Source: an uncultured Nitrososphaerota archaeon
Lineage (GTDB): Archaea; Thermoproteota; Nitrososphaeria; Conexivisphaerales; DTJL01
Length of the DNA stretch: 64,000 bases
NCBI GenBank assembly: GCA_963842885.1
Contig: CAWJIE010000004.1
Coordinates: 256,001 to 320,000, forward strand
Direction of reading: 5' to 3'
This document shows positions 30,625 to 42,192 of this stretch, piece after piece. Both the position numbers and the translations under genes were made by a program. Numbering within the stretch: position 1 is the stretch's first letter; every line of letters starts with the position of its first letter. Under the pieces are notes generated by a model. It ran no database searches. It worked only from the letters and a program-made list of their open reading frames with translations, and was not told the origin of the DNA.

Positions 30625-31869
30625 GTGTCTAGTGGCGGCGTAGAGCGAGCGTTGTTTGAAGAGTACGGGGGAATACCTCGAGAGGCAACCTACCTGATCT
30701 ATGCAGGGTTCCTCCCGTCTTTCGCCCTGGGTATGTTCTACACCGACTTGGCATACTTTCTACCTAGCATACAGGGAGTCCCGCTTTCCGTTGTAGGCTC
30801 GCTACAGACTGTGATGGGCATAACCATGGTCTTGACAAGCATACCTCTGGGCGTCATGGCAGACCGGTTCGGCAGGAAGAGGTTCGTGATAATGGGGTGC
30901 GTTCTCGCAAGCACCACCATAGTGATGTTCGCCTTAACTACAAATACGGTTTTGTTGGTTGTCGCGGCAATCGTCGAGGGTATGTCTGAAGGGGCGTTCG
31001 CTGGTTCATCTAGCGCTCTAATGGCGGAAAAGGCTGGCGATGACAAGCGGACAGCTGCGTTTTCCTACTCCTTCTTCCTCAACAACATTGGCTCGGGGCT
31101 GGGCAGTTTCTCTATCGCCTCGGTATCGGTCTTCGAAGCCTTCGGTATAGGAACGCGACAAGCGCATGTTCTGCTCTATCTGCTCTTCGCCCTGCTTGGC
31201 CTCTCGTCAATCCTTATCGTTTCCAAGGTTGGTGAATCGAGGGAACTGAAAACATCGAAGGGCAAGACTGGTTTGCTGCCGCGGAAATCCTTGGGTGTCC
31301 TCCTCAAATACGCTGCCACAGGCTCGATAATCGCGTTCGGCGCAGGGATGGTAGTCCCATTGATGAGTGGATGGCTGAAACTGAGCTATGGTGTCAGCGA
31401 CCAGCTGAGCGGTCCCATGCTGGGGGTCTCCACCATACTGATGGGTGTGACAAATCTTGCCGTTCCGCGAATCGCTAGAAGGCTTGGAGTCGTGAAAGCC
31501 ATAGTCATCACACAGGGTTCTTCCACACTCCTGATGTTCGTGGTTCCTTTTTCGCCCAATTTTGCGACGGCTAGCGTCGTCTACATCTCCCGCAGTGTGC
31601 TGATGAACATGTCGAACCCGTTGGAGCAGTCCTTAATCTTGGGTATGGTCTCACCCGATGAACGCAGTGCAGCGTCTGGAATAAGTGCTGCCCTTTGGAG
31701 GCTACCCAATTCGATAAGCACAGGAATAGGGGCGTATTTGATGGGTGCTGGATATCTGGCGTTACCATTTTACCTGGCGTCCATGTTATACATCATATCG
31801 ATAGGACTCTTCTGGTACTTCTTCAACAACATTCGACTCCCAGAGGAAATGGTCTTGAAAGGGGTCTAG
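30625..31869 (+). CDS. MFS transporter
   Basis: Motif A GVMADRFGRKR and about 12 hydrophobic helices. Confidence 0.9.
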   Translation: MSSGGVERALFEEYGGIPREATYLIYAGFLPSFALGMFYTDLAYFLPSIQGVPLSVVGSLQTVMGITMVLTSIPLGVMADRFGRKRFVIMGCVLASTTIVMFALTTNTVLLVVAAIVEGMSEGAFAGSSSALMAEKAGDDKRTAAFSYSFFLNNIGSGLGSFSIASVSVFEAFGIGTRQAHVLLYLLFALLGLSSILIVSKVGESRELKTSKGKTGLLPRKSLGVLLKYAATGSIIAFGAGMVVPLMSGWLKLSYGVSDQLSGPMLGVSTILMGVTNLAVPRIARRLGVVKAIVITQGSSTLLMFVVPFSPNFATASVVYISRSVLMNMSNPLEQSLILGMVSPDERSAASGISAALWRLPNSISTGIGAYLMGAGYLALPFYLASMLYIISIGLFWYFFNNIRLPEEMVLKGV

Positions 31870-31966
31870 ACTGCGAAGCTTCCTGCCGTGCGCAAGACTT
31901 ATAGGAAGTTGACCTTAACTCATTCTGGCGCTACGCCATTACGAAGGAAACAAGAGGTAAACGTAG

Positions 31967-32560
31967 ATGAAAGAGTCACAAAAGGTTAGTGATGGAGAGA
32001 AGGCCGCTCCTCTCGAGACGGATGAGGTAGCAGAGCTACGGAATGAGAAGATTGAGTTGGAGGATGAACTAGAGCAAGAACACGGCAAGGCCGAAGATTA
32101 TCTGCGGCGCCTGCAGTATCTGCAAGCTGAGTTCGACAACTACAGGAAGCGTGTGGAGAGGGAGAGGGATGAGATGAACAGGTCGGCAGCTGACAGACTG
32201 CTCGTGAACTTGCTGAGCGTCTTCGACGAATTGCGAATCGCCATCGAAGTGGCGAAGAAGACGGAGGACGAAGAGGTCATCGTCGCTGGGTTGGAGATGG
32301 TGCTGAAGAAACTCAATTCGCTTTTCGAGAGCGAGGGGCTGAAACCCATAGAGGCCGTCGGCAAGGAGTTCGATCCTAATCTCCATGAAGCCATAGAACA
32401 GGTGGAATCTGTAAATGAAGACGAAGGGCGAATTGTTGAGGAAGTCAGGAAGGGATTCACATTAAGAGGAAAAGTCATAAGAAGTAGTCTGGTGAAGGTT
32501 GGTGTGGCGCCTAAGAAGCCAAAGAAGAATAGATTAGAGGTGTTTGTGAGTATTGAGTGA
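31967..32560 (+). CDS. grpE: nucleotide exchange factor GrpE
   Basis: [18 protein letters not shown] and KGFTL...IR..LVKV. Confidence 0.95.
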   Translation: MKESQKVSDGEKAAPLETDEVAELRNEKIELEDELEQEHGKAEDYLRRLQYLQAEFDNYRKRVERERDEMNRSAADRLLVNLLSVFDELRIAIEVAKKTEDEEVIVAGLEMVLKKLNSLFESEGLKPIEAVGKEFDPNLHEAIEQVESVNEDEGRIVEEVRKGFTLRGKVIRSSLVKVGVAPKKPKKNRLEVFVSIE

Positions 32561-34451
32561 ATCTAAACCCGCACAGAAGGAGAAGATACTGGGAATCGAC
32601 CTTGGTACGACCAATTCTGCAGCGGCCATTCTAGAGGCAGGTCGGCCGGTGGTTATTCCAAGCGCGGAAGGGCCGACGATGGCAGGCAAGATGTTTCCAT
32701 CCGTGGTCTCTTTCACGCCTGACGGGACGCTGTTGGTTGGTGAGTCCGCGAAGCGGCAGATGTCCAGCAACCCGGAGGGGACCATCTCTGAAATCAAGCG
32801 TAAAATGGGCACGGACTACAAGGTGCGCGTATTCGGGAAGGAGTACACGCCTCAGCAGATTTCCGCTTTCATCCTTCAGAAGATTAAGCGAGATGCGGAA
32901 ACCTATCTAGGAGTGCCGCTGAAGAAGGCAGTCATCACCGTACCTGCGCACTTTGACGACAACCAGCGACAGGCCACCAAGGATGCAGGCGCAATCGCGG
33001 GCTTCGAGGTCATGCGCCTCATCAACGAGCCCACCGCGGCTTGCCTTGCTTATGGATTGGACAAGCTGGACAGGGAGATGAAGATTATGGTATTCAGCTT
33101 CGGAGGTGGCACCCATGATGTTACCCTCATGGATTTCGGGGGTGGTGTTTTCCAGGTGCTCGCCACCAGCGGCGATACCAAGACGGGTGGGGCCGACATT
33201 GACAACGCTGTCGTCACGTACCTAGTGGGAGAATTCAGGCGACAGAACGGCATCGATTTGACGGGCGACAGGGTTGCCATGACAAGGCTGAAGGAGGCGG
33301 CTGAGAAGGCCAAGATTGAGCTTTCGAACCTCGTGAATACGGATATCGACCTTCCGTTCCTGGCCATGGTGGGGACGACTCCCAAGAACTTTCATATCAC
33401 GTTGACCAGAGCCAAACTTGAAGAACTTGCTAGACCAATCGTTGAGAGAGTTAGGGCTCCGATCTTGCACGTCCTAGAGGACGCGAAACTACAGCCGCAA
33501 CAGGTTGACAAAATCATCTTGATTGGCGGGCAGACAAGGATGCCTCTGGTGAGGAAGTTCGTCGAGGAAATCGTAGGCAAGCCCGCCGAGCGGGGCGTAG
33601 ACCCGATGGAGTGCGTTGCGGTGGGAGCGGCCATCCAAGGAGCGGTTCTGGCTGGCGAAGTCAAGGACCTACTGCTGCTCGACGTGACTCCTCTTTCGCT
33701 GGGCGTCGAGACCATGGGCGGCGTCTTCACAAAGACTATTGAAAAGAACACGACCATCCCGACCAAGAAGAGCCAGATATTCTCCACGGCAGCAGATTTC
33801 CAGACGACTGTCACTATCCACGTGCTGCAGGGTGAGAGGCCAATGGCGGCCGACAACGTCTCCTTGGGCATGTTCAACCTGTCAGGAATACCTCCGGCGC
33901 CTCGGGGAGTTCCACAGATAGAAGTGACGTTCGACATCGACGCCAATGGAATAATCAGCGTATCCGCTAAAGACCTAGGCACCGGCAAGGAGGCCAAGAT
34001 TACTATTACCGCATCGACGAAGCTCTCAAAAGAGGATAAGGACCGCATGATCAGGCAAGCCGAGGAGTTCGCTGAGGCCGACAAGCAGAAGGTGGAAGAA
34101 GCGGAGACGCGGAACTCCGCTGACGCCATGCTTTACACCGCGGAGAAGACGAAGGGCGACCTTAAAGACAAGATAACACAAGAACAATTGGCCAGCATTG
34201 ACAAGGCCTCCAGCGACCTGCGAACAGCCTTGGCTGGCAAGGACTTGGCCGCAATCAAAGCCGCTAGCGACGCTCTGTCGAAGGTGCTTCAAGAGATTGG
34301 AACCAGCGTATATCAGAAGGCAGCCGAAGCCCAAGCAAAGCAGCAACAGGCCTCGCAGGCTGGCCCTCAGCAGGAGGGCCAACAGGGAGAGACGTCTCAA
34401 CAGGAACAGGGCGAGAAGGTCGTCGACGCAGATTACAAAGTAGTAAAATGA
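32553..34451 (+). CDS. dnaK: Hsp70 chaperone DnaK
   Basis: [30 protein letters not shown] and [15 protein letters not shown]. Confidence 0.98.
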   Translation: MSESKPAQKEKILGIDLGTTNSAAAILEAGRPVVIPSAEGPTMAGKMFPSVVSFTPDGTLLVGESAKRQMSSNPEGTISEIKRKMGTDYKVRVFGKEYTPQQISAFILQKIKRDAETYLGVPLKKAVITVPAHFDDNQRQATKDAGAIAGFEVMRLINEPTAACLAYGLDKLDREMKIMVFSFGGGTHDVTLMDFGGGVFQVLATSGDTKTGGADIDNAVVTYLVGEFRRQNGIDLTGDRVAMTRLKEAAEKAKIELSNLVNTDIDLPFLAMVGTTPKNFHITLTRAKLEELARPIVERVRAPILHVLEDAKLQPQQVDKIILIGGQTRMPLVRKFVEEIVGKPAERGVDPMECVAVGAAIQGAVLAGEVKDLLLLDVTPLSLGVETMGGVFTKTIEKNTTIPTKKSQIFSTAADFQTTVTIHVLQGERPMAADNVSLGMFNLSGIPPAPRGVPQIEVTFDIDANGIISVSAKDLGTGKEAKITITASTKLSKEDKDRMIRQAEEFAEADKQKVEEAETRNSADAMLYTAEKTKGDLKDKITQEQLASIDKASSDLRTALAGKDLAAIKAASDALSKVLQEIGTSVYQKAAEAQAKQQQASQAGPQQEGQQGETSQQEQGEKVVDADYKVVK

Positions 34452-34486
34452 AGAGAAGAAGTAGAGATTGCTCCATTGTGGCGTGA

Positions 34487-35576
34487 TTGGCCGTGAGCGG
34501 TAAGCGCGATTACTATGATGTATTGGCCGTTCCCAAGAACGCATCGAAAGACGATATCAAGAATTCCTACCGCAAGCTCGCGCTACAGTATCACCCCGAT
34601 AGGAACAAATCGCCGGGGGCCGAAGAACGATTCAAGGAGATATCGGAGGCCTACGCTGTACTATCCGACGACGATAAACGTGCTCAGTACGATCAGTTCG
34701 GCCACGCCGGCATAGACAGCAAGTATTCCCAGGAAGACATCTTCAGGGGAGTCGACTTCGATGAAATACTTCGAGGCTTCGGGTTCGGTGGATTCAACAG
34801 TATATTCGGCAGCACGTTCGGATTCGGAATGCAAAGAGAGTCGCCCAAAGGCAGAGACGTGCAGGTGGCTGTGGACATATCGCTGGAGGACGTGTCCAAG
34901 GGAGTCGTCAGGGACATAGAACTGGATCGGATGGAGAAATGCGATGTGTGTCATGGATCGGGGGCGCAGCCAGGGACAAATGTTAGGACGTGCCCACAGT
35001 GTAACGGAGCGGGTCAGGTTCAAAGGGTGCAATCAGCAGGGTTCGCGAGGCTAGTAAGGGTGGAGACATGTTCTAGGTGCTCCGGAACTGGGAGAATTGT
35101 TGAGACGCCCTGTCGCAATTGCAGAGGCAGTGGATTGGTGCAGAAGCATAGGACCTTCAACGTGAAGATACCGGCCGGCATCGAGGACGGTTACAATCTG
35201 AGGTTGGGCGGAGGGGGAGAGGAGAAGCGTGGCGGAGCTGGCCCCGGAGACCTGTACGTGATGGTGCGCGTCAGTCCGCACCCCACTTTCAAAAGGAGCG
35301 GGTCCGACCTCCTCTCCGAAGTCGGAGTGAGCTTCCCCAAGGCCGCTCTTGGAACCACTGTGAACATACCTACAATCGATGGTAGGGCCGAACTCAAGAT
35401 CCCTTCAGGAACGCAGAACGGGACTGTATTCAAGTTGAGGGGGAAGGGCCTCCCGAAGATGAATGGGTGGGGGAAGGGGAGATCAGTTCGTCAAGATGAA
35501 CATCGGAACTCCACGAAACCTCAATTCCAGACAGAAGAAGCTTCTCGAGGAGCTGGATAGAGAACTCTCCTCCTGA
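34487..35576 (+). CDS. dnaJ: chaperone DnaJ (frameshift in a G-run near 35478)
   Basis: HPD J-domain, G/F region and four CxxCxGxG motifs. The C-terminus GDQFVKMNIG..RQKKLLEEL lies in the shifted frame ending at 35576. Confidence 0.95.
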
Positions 35577-35631
35577 CGATGATGGTTCCTAATGCGTTAG
35601 TTTTAAGGGTGGGTTGGCCTAGGGTCTGAGT

Positions 35632-37551
35632 ATGAAGCCGGAGCCCGTCAGACCAGAGGACTTCACCCAGTATTCGTTGCTTTCTGAGCCATCGGTGTCA
35701 CTCAAGGGCGACGCTGTCGCTATCACCGTCTACAAGGCTAATCTTGATGCAAATGAATATGAAGGGAATGTTTGGCTTGTTCCACTAGGGGGAGGTGCGC
35801 CTAGGAAGCTGACGTCGTCTGGAAAAGACGGTGCTCCGAAGCTCTCCCCTGACGGCAAGGATGTGGTCTTTACTTCTAAACGTGGAATCAAGAAGGGAAC
35901 CAAAGGAAACGGGCTCTACATAGTCAATGTCAAGAGTGGTGAAGTGAAGTTTCTACTGAGACGGAAAAGGGCAATCGAATCGCCGGCTTGGTTCCCCGAC
36001 GGCAGGAGAATCCTTTTCATCTCGGCGGTGGGCAAGGCTCAGGACGACGTCAAGACCATCAAACGGATCAACGTGTGGTTCAACGACAAGGGCTTCATCT
36101 ACAACGTAAGACGCCATGCTTTCATATTTGATTTCGCGACAGGAAAGGCTAAGCAGGTGACCAAAGGTGAATTTGATGTTGACAAGGCAGCCATTTCGCA
36201 TTCAGGGACGAAGGTCGCTTTCACGGCTTCCACGGACGACGTGCGACCCTATCTTACAGACGTCTTCATGTTAGACCTGAAGGGAGGAGGGACCACCAAG
36301 CTGACCGGGCATGACATGGAGATATCTTCGGTGGCTTGGAGTCCGGATGATTGTCAGCTCGTATTCCTCGGCCATCGAAGAACGCTTGGATCTGTCACTC
36401 ATGAACACCTATGGGTGATTGATGCTTCCGGAGGGACGCCGACGCAATTGGATCACATTGACAGAAGTAAGACTAACTCCTTGAACAGCGACGTCCGAAA
36501 AGGCGGGCTTAACGCAGAACCAAAGTGGGTTGGGGGCAATATCTTCTTCCTAGTGAATGATCATGGAGCGGTTCACGTATACGCTCTCGACCCAACAAGG
36601 AATGAAGTCAGACAACTCGTCGGAGGAGACAGGAGCGTTGAAGCGTTCGAAGTCAATGGGGACAGATTGTTCTTCACGTCGATGGAATCGACCAAGCTGC
36701 CAGACCTCTATGTTTACGACGGACGAATCAAGAAGGTCACTCGTTTCAACGAAGGTATAGACAGAACTCTTGCTCTTCACGAACCGGAGAGATTCAGCTT
36801 CAAGGCCAGCGATGGCGAGAGAATAGATGGGTGGGTGATAAGGCCTGCAGGGAAGGGAAAGGTCCCCACTATTCTGTATATCCACGGCGGCCCCAAGACG
36901 GCCTTCGGATGTGCATATTTGCACGAGTTCCAGGTGTTGGCAGCGAAGGGCTACGCAGTGCTCTATGTAAACCCGAGAGGGAGCGACAGCTACACAGAGA
37001 AGTTTGCAGACATCAGAGGCCACTATGCGGAGCGCGATTACCTGGACCTGATGGAAGCTGTTGACTACGCCGCTTCTCATTTCGATTTCATAGACAGCAA
37101 GAGGATTGGCGTGGCGGGTGGGTCCTATGGTGGATATATGACGAATTGGATAGTGACGCAGACGAACCGTTTCAAGGCAGCCGTCTCGGACAGGTCGATT
37201 TCGAATTGGTGGACCTTCTGGGGAACCAGCGACATAGGCCCGTATTTCATGAAGGACCAGATAGGTTGCGATCCGTGGGATGATGAGGAGACCACAATGG
37301 CGAAGTCGCCCATCCGCTATGTGAAGAATGTGAAGACGCCCGTCATGTTCGTTCACTCGATGGAAGACTACAGGTGTTGGATGGTCGAAGCCCTTCAAAT
37401 GTTTACGGCTTTGAAGTATCATGGAAAAGAGACGGAGCTCGTTCTCTTCCCTGGTGAGAACCATGAGCTCTCGAGGGGAGGAAAGCCTAAGCATAGGGTC
37501 CTAAGACTTGAGAGCTATCTCCGCTGGTTCGACTTGTATCTTAAGAAGTGA
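35632..37551 (+). CDS. S9 family peptidase (acylaminoacyl/dipeptidyl peptidase)
   Basis: Beta-propeller N-terminus, IHGGP, NPRGS, GGSYGG nucleophile, EDYRC and ENHEL. Confidence 0.92.
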   Translation: MKPEPVRPEDFTQYSLLSEPSVSLKGDAVAITVYKANLDANEYEGNVWLVPLGGGAPRKLTSSGKDGAPKLSPDGKDVVFTSKRGIKKGTKGNGLYIVNVKSGEVKFLLRRKRAIESPAWFPDGRRILFISAVGKAQDDVKTIKRINVWFNDKGFIYNVRRHAFIFDFATGKAKQVTKGEFDVDKAAISHSGTKVAFTASTDDVRPYLTDVFMLDLKGGGTTKLTGHDMEISSVAWSPDDCQLVFLGHRRTLGSVTHEHLWVIDASGGTPTQLDHIDRSKTNSLNSDVRKGGLNAEPKWVGGNIFFLVNDHGAVHVYALDPTRNEVRQLVGGDRSVEAFEVNGDRLFFTSMESTKLPDLYVYDGRIKKVTRFNEGIDRTLALHEPERFSFKASDGERIDGWVIRPAGKGKVPTILYIHGGPKTAFGCAYLHEFQVLAAKGYAVLYVNPRGSDSYTEKFADIRGHYAERDYLDLMEAVDYAASHFDFIDSKRIGVAGGSYGGYMTNWIVTQTNRFKAAVSDRSISNWWTFWGTSDIGPYFMKDQIGCDPWDDEETTMAKSPIRYVKNVKTPVMFVHSMEDYRCWMVEALQMFTALKYHGKETELVLFPGENHELSRGGKPKHRVLRLESYLRWFDLYLKK

Positions 37552-37803
37552 TTCGATAGCTGGAATTTCGTCGTTTCTGATAGGCGCGTTCTTCTTCAGG
37601 CACTTCGTTATCACAGCCGCTTTCCGCGAGCCGTTGAGCTTCTTCTCAAGCGGATCTATGGAAGGCATGAATGACGCCAGTTGACAGGGGAGAGGACTCC
37701 CTATTGAAGAGTGGTCTCAATATGGAGCGACATAAAAAAAGGGTGTGTCTTCAATCAAAGGAATGGAAAGCGATAATTCTAAAAAGCCTCGACTTCGGGT
37801 GCT

Positions 37804-39390
37804 ATGAGTATGCCCAAGGCCGGCTACTGGATTAATCTCAGACATAATGGCGTCGCCTTCGTTCCACCATATCAGCCTCAAGGCTTGAGGTTGAGGTTCA
37901 AGAACAAATGGTTCTCCCTTGGCCCCCTTGCCGAAGAAATGGCCTATTCGTGGGCCAAGAAGAAGGACACATCATATGTCAAGGATCCGACGTATGCAGA
38001 CAACTTCTGGAGGAATTTCTCTGGGCAGCTTCCTGTGGAACTCAGGACCGCCTCTCTGAAGGATCTCGATTTTGAGGAGTTCAACAACCGCGTCGATCAT
38101 GAGAAGCGACAGAAGGAGCAGCTCTCTAAAGAGGAGAAGAAGAAGCTCGCGGCTGAGCGGAAGAAGGCCAAGGAGGCCCTGAAGGAGAGGTACGGCTTTG
38201 CGTACATAGACGGGGAGAGAGTGGAGATTCAGAATTGGGTGGTCGAGCCCTCCGGCATCTTTCAAGGAAGAGGGAACCATCCCATGCGGGGTAGATGGAA
38301 GCGAAGGATAGAGGAACGGGACGTAACGTTGAACCTCGATGTGAACGCACCCATACCTGCGGGGAACTGGGGCAAAATCGTCCACGAGCCCTCTTGCATG
38401 TGGCTGGCATCTTGGGTGGATGACCTGGCGGGGAAGGTGAAATACGTCTGGCCTCACGAAAGCAGCTTCCTAGCGCAGGAAAAGAACAAGTCCAAATACG
38501 ACAAGGCGTTCAAGCTCAACCAAAGCCTAGGGAGTATCCGCGAGAAGATTGAAGTGGGGCTTGCGAGCCGCGACCAGCAAGTCAGGAAGACTGCGACGGT
38601 TTGCTACCTGATAGATCGGCTCTGCATGAGGGTCGGCGATGAAAAAGATGAGGATGAAGTGGATACTGTTGGTGCCACCACTCTCAGGGTGGAACATGTC
38701 ACCCTGAGGGATAAGGAAATCTCCTTCGATTTTCTAGGCAAGGATAGCGTCAGGTGGCTGAAGGTCCTGCCGGAGGTGGAATCAAATGTGATGAACAATC
38801 TCAGAGAGTTCACAAGAGGGAAGAAACCCGAAGAACTTGTCTTCGACGGGGTTACCTCGTCGAAGGTCAATTCATATCTAGGCGGCATCATGCCGGGCTT
38901 GACGGCGAAGGTTTTCAGGACGTACCATGCCACCAACGTCGTAAGGGATTACCTCTCATCGGTCGAAGACAAGGTGAGCCGGGAGGATATCCAATCGGGA
39001 TTGTATTTTGCCAAGATGGCCAACCTTCAGGCCGCTACATTATGCAACCATAAGAGGACTCCGCCAAAGAGCTGGGACGAAAGCCTGAGGAAGAAGGAGG
39101 AGAAGGTCAAGGCGCTCAAAGCCATTCATCCTCTGACTGCAAGACAGGCAGATGCACACGGAAGGCGCCTGCGTAAAGCTCGATCATCCCTGGAGATAGC
39201 TAAGATGACCAGAGATTATAATCTGAATACGTCTCTGAAGAACTACATCGATCCGAGGATATACAAGGCCTGGGCGGGTCATCTGGGCTTCGACTGGCGG
39301 ACCCTGTACCCCAAGACGATGCAACGGAAGTTCGGTTGGGCGAACAAATCCAAGCTCGATTGGGCTACCATAACAGTCGCAAACAAATAG
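37804..39390 (+). CDS. eukaryote-like DNA topoisomerase IB
   Basis: LRHNGVAF, EPSGIFQGRGNHPMRG, RVGDEK, VGATTLR.EH, FLGKDS, AKVFRTY, LCNH and TSLKNYIDPR (catalytic Tyr). Confidence 0.95.
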   Translation: MSMPKAGYWINLRHNGVAFVPPYQPQGLRLRFKNKWFSLGPLAEEMAYSWAKKKDTSYVKDPTYADNFWRNFSGQLPVELRTASLKDLDFEEFNNRVDHEKRQKEQLSKEEKKKLAAERKKAKEALKERYGFAYIDGERVEIQNWVVEPSGIFQGRGNHPMRGRWKRRIEERDVTLNLDVNAPIPAGNWGKIVHEPSCMWLASWVDDLAGKVKYVWPHESSFLAQEKNKSKYDKAFKLNQSLGSIREKIEVGLASRDQQVRKTATVCYLIDRLCMRVGDEKDEDEVDTVGATTLRVEHVTLRDKEISFDFLGKDSVRWLKVLPEVESNVMNNLREFTRGKKPEELVFDGVTSSKVNSYLGGIMPGLTAKVFRTYHATNVVRDYLSSVEDKVSREDIQSGLYFAKMANLQAATLCNHKRTPPKSWDESLRKKEEKVKALKAIHPLTARQADAHGRRLRKARSSLEIAKMTRDYNLNTSLKNYIDPRIYKAWAGHLGFDWRTLYPKTMQRKFGWANKSKLDWATITVANK

Positions 39391-39503
39391 GATGGGGCCA
39401 TGGTTGGGCCGGACGTTGATCTCCGCTAGAGACGCGTTCATAGAGGCCTCTTCCAGAGCGAACGAAGGAAATAAATACCGATGCCTAGAGAAGCTCTCAC
39501 CGA

Positions 39504-39578
39504 GGGCTGGTAGTTCAGAGGTAGAATGCTCCCTTGGCATGGGAGAGGTCGGGGGTTCGAGTCCCCCCCAGTCCACCA
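39504..39578 (+). tRNA. tRNA-Ala(GGC), CCA encoded
   Basis: Full cloverleaf, anticodon arm CTCCC-TTGGCAT-GGGAG, G3:U70 pair and TTCGAGT T-loop. Confidence 0.96.
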
Positions 39579-40221
39579 TTCCTCTGAGTATGCTGTCTGA
39601 TAGTTGGTCTAGAATGATTTGAGCATAATGAGATTACGTGTGGTTGCGACCCTCGCAAGGTTCATCCTGTTGGCAGGAGTACATAGCGAGTCCACGACCT
39701 GTGGCAACCTGTTGGCTTCGAAAAGCCCAAGATTATCTGAACCCGTGGTGTTCGACTTGGGCTCCGGCATCGGCTTCGAATACATGGAGAGATGCGATCG
39801 AAGCGCAGGGTTTCGCTAACCGTTTCAGAGATGCTGAACTGGTCGTCGGCCTTCTCAGGGATTAAGGGCATGTAAAGGTTCGCTGAACGGGTCGGCGGCT
39901 GGAGGAAGAATCCCAACTTCAGATATCAACTACTCAGCCATCACCTGACTCGAGAAAGCTCGGATAGGGAAAGTGGAGGGTACAGATGGCTCTATGTTGA
40001 GTTACTTAAAGAGGCCTCGTCGATTCTGCGAAATGATGAAATTGGTCGAATGTGTTGTTCGTATGAGGCGCTAGTCGAAAGCTAGGCTGAGGTAGACTGG
40101 CGCATGAAGGAGTTGTCATCCAGGGAGAACGTGACATCGGCCGCGCTGCTAGAGGTAGCTAAATCCATCTGAAAGCAATCCGCAATGGAGGCCGATATCT
40201 TCAAGGGAATGGAGCTTGCCG

Positions 40222-40677
40222 TCACTTCTTAGCCCACTTAGACCCTCCGCCAAGGTAAATCTCTTTCTTCCATATGGTAGGCTCGGTCTTGTACCTGCGG
40301 ATGGTTTCCTCGACCGCGGGGAAAAGCTTCTTGCGGTCCCTCGATATGGCTATCACCATGACCAGTATCTCGCCAACATGGAAGCTGCCTTCAAAATGGT
40401 AGATGGTGGCGAGCCTGATTCTGTACTTCCTCTTTACGTCCTCGCAAATCTGAGTGAGTATCTTGTCCGCGTATTGGGGGTACGTCTCAATAATCAACTC
40501 CTTGACCTCCCTGTTCTTGATGCCCGGCGACTTGACTAGTCCGATGTAGGAGGCCACTGCGCCGTACCTCCCCTTAGCGACTTCGAACGCCGTCTTCATG
40601 AGTTCCTCATAGCTCAGGGATCCCTTTCTGTAGATACCAGTAGGAGGAAGCTGTGGCTTTTCGCGTTGCTTAGCCAT
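40222..40677 (-). CDS. moaE: molybdopterin synthase catalytic subunit
   Basis: GAVASYIGLVK, H..G...VGE and K...PTIWKKE. Confidence 0.85.
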   Translation of the reverse strand: MAKQREKPQLPPTGIYRKGSLSYEELMKTAFEVAKGRYGAVASYIGLVKSPGIKNREVKELIIETYPQYADKILTQICEDVKRKYRIRLATIYHFEGSFHVGEILVMVIAISRDRKKLFPAVEETIRRYKTEPTIWKKEIYLGGGSKWAKK

Positions 40678-40695
40678 AGTAACTCATTACCTCGC

Positions 40696-41236
40696 CTAGG
40701 TCCTTGATATCGGTTTTCTTTTTAGTTTGGTGCCACAAAGGCCGCAAAGCATGTCCTTAGGAGGCCTATCGTAGCTCTTGAAGCATGCCGGGCAGTAATA
40801 TGACCACTCAAACTGCTTAGCAATGCCCTGAGTATTGGAGGATTTTGTGACCAAGCCCAGGGAAGAAGCTACGTTCTGCAAAGAATAGTCGTCGGACATT
40901 ATCGTGACGTCAAGGCTTCCCTGCTTCTTGAGGAATAGTGCGAGGCTGATGACTGAGATATCAGTCTCCGAAAGCCTTGCTTCTTCGCCTAGTTGCCTTG
41001 ATTCTGACCTTCACCGAGCCGATTATGTCAGGAGTGGCTTCCATGACGGCGAGGTCTCTAGCGTTCTGCGCTTCCTTCCGAAGGAAAGAGGAATATCCAC
41101 GGCCTCTTGCCTCGTCAATCACTGACGGCGTGGTGTACATCTTCAGGTCGATTCCTGACTGTAGGAGACCGGCGATCAGGGCCGACGTATCAAGGACCAG
41201 CGTGCGTTCTTTATTGCTGTTGTATGACATTTTCAC
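40696..41236 (-). CDS. nob1: Nob1 rRNA-processing endonuclease (PIN + Zn ribbon), frameshift near 41000
   Basis: VLDTSAL, TTPSVIDE, LSETDIS, SDDYSLQNVA and CPAC...CGLCG. Confidence 0.88.
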
Positions 41237-42053
41237 TCAGTAACTTTGAAAGTTGTTTGAAAGGTTGGGGACTGAACCTTATAAAACAGGCAGGTTCGGG
41301 CGCAAGCGTGACATGCATCTCGTCTCCCTCTTTCGCATCGAACACCTGCTGCCCGTCGATAGTGACGTCGAATGCGGAAGTCGAAGAGACGGTAATTTCT
41401 CGAACGGGGAGTACCACCGGTGGGATTCTGTTAATGGGCAGCACCGGGGTCATTATGAAGACTTCGAGAGATTCAAGCACCACGGGACCTCCTGCTGAAT
41501 AGGAATAGCCGGTGGAGCCCGTCGGGGTTGAGATTATTAGGCCGTCCATCTTTGATGACATGGTCCTATCAAGGAACCGTAATAAGAATGACGGAGTAAC
41601 GTTGTGGCGAGGCCTGGCTAGATAGACTTCGTTCAACGCGTCAGGGAAGGTCTTCTCGTCCGTCATCGTTCTGAGTCTCGTGCGCTGCTCCAGATGATAG
41701 TCACCAGACTTCAACCTTTCCACAGCTATCGGAAGATCCCCGAGTTCGAGCTCGTTGATGATTCCGCGTCCGCCCAGATTGAGGCCGAGTACGGGCATCT
41801 GCTTCTTCAGCCCGCGGACGACGGTGAGGAGCGTTCCATCGCCCCCGAGACTCAGGACTAGGTCCTGTCTGTCGGTTGACACGGCTGCCAGCGAAGGCAG
41901 GCCTTTGCAATCGGGATGTCTAGCAGGTGGTATCGTGAACACATCGAAATGAGAAGATAGGACGTCAATTATTTCGTTGAAGACCGGTGTGCCTACAAGG
42001 CTCTCCTTCGAGGTCACGGCTACGGTCTTCACAACTTTAGCCGCCGAAACCAT
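41211..42053 (-). CDS. nadK: NAD kinase
   Basis: GGDGT, ALNE and DGLIISTPTGSTGYSYSAGGP. Confidence 0.93.
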   Translation of the reverse strand: MVSAAKVVKTVAVTSKESLVGTPVFNEIIDVLSSHFDVFTIPPARHPDCKGLPSLAAVSTDRQDLVLSLGGDGTLLTVVRGLKKQMPVLGLNLGGRGIINELELGDLPIAVERLKSGDYHLEQRTRLRTMTDEKTFPDALNEVYLARPRHNVTPSFLLRFLDRTMSSKMDGLIISTPTGSTGYSYSAGGPVVLESLEVFIMTPVLPINRIPPVVLPVREITVSSTSAFDVTIDGQQVFDAKEGDEMHVTLAPEPACFIRFSPQPFKQLSKLLSENVIQQQ

Positions 42054-42192
42054 CTGACTTATGGGTCAAGCAGGCATTTAATAAGTCTGTCATGATGGGT
42101 GTGCGCAGTTAAGTTAATGAGTAGAGCAAGCGAGGCTAGCGTGGCCTCAATGATTGCACGGAAGAGCCGGCTGACATTTCGTGATGTAGATT

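Noticed and set aside
34320-34420. Gln-rich low-complexity segment
   Set aside because: Ordinary disordered DnaK C-terminal tail.
36550-37494. 314-aa minus-strand ORF
   Set aside because: Antisense shadow of the S9 peptidase.
42085-42192. Possible sRNA or hairpin between nadK and the Dph6-like gene
   Set aside because: Box motifs are imperfect and the region is explained by divergent promoters.
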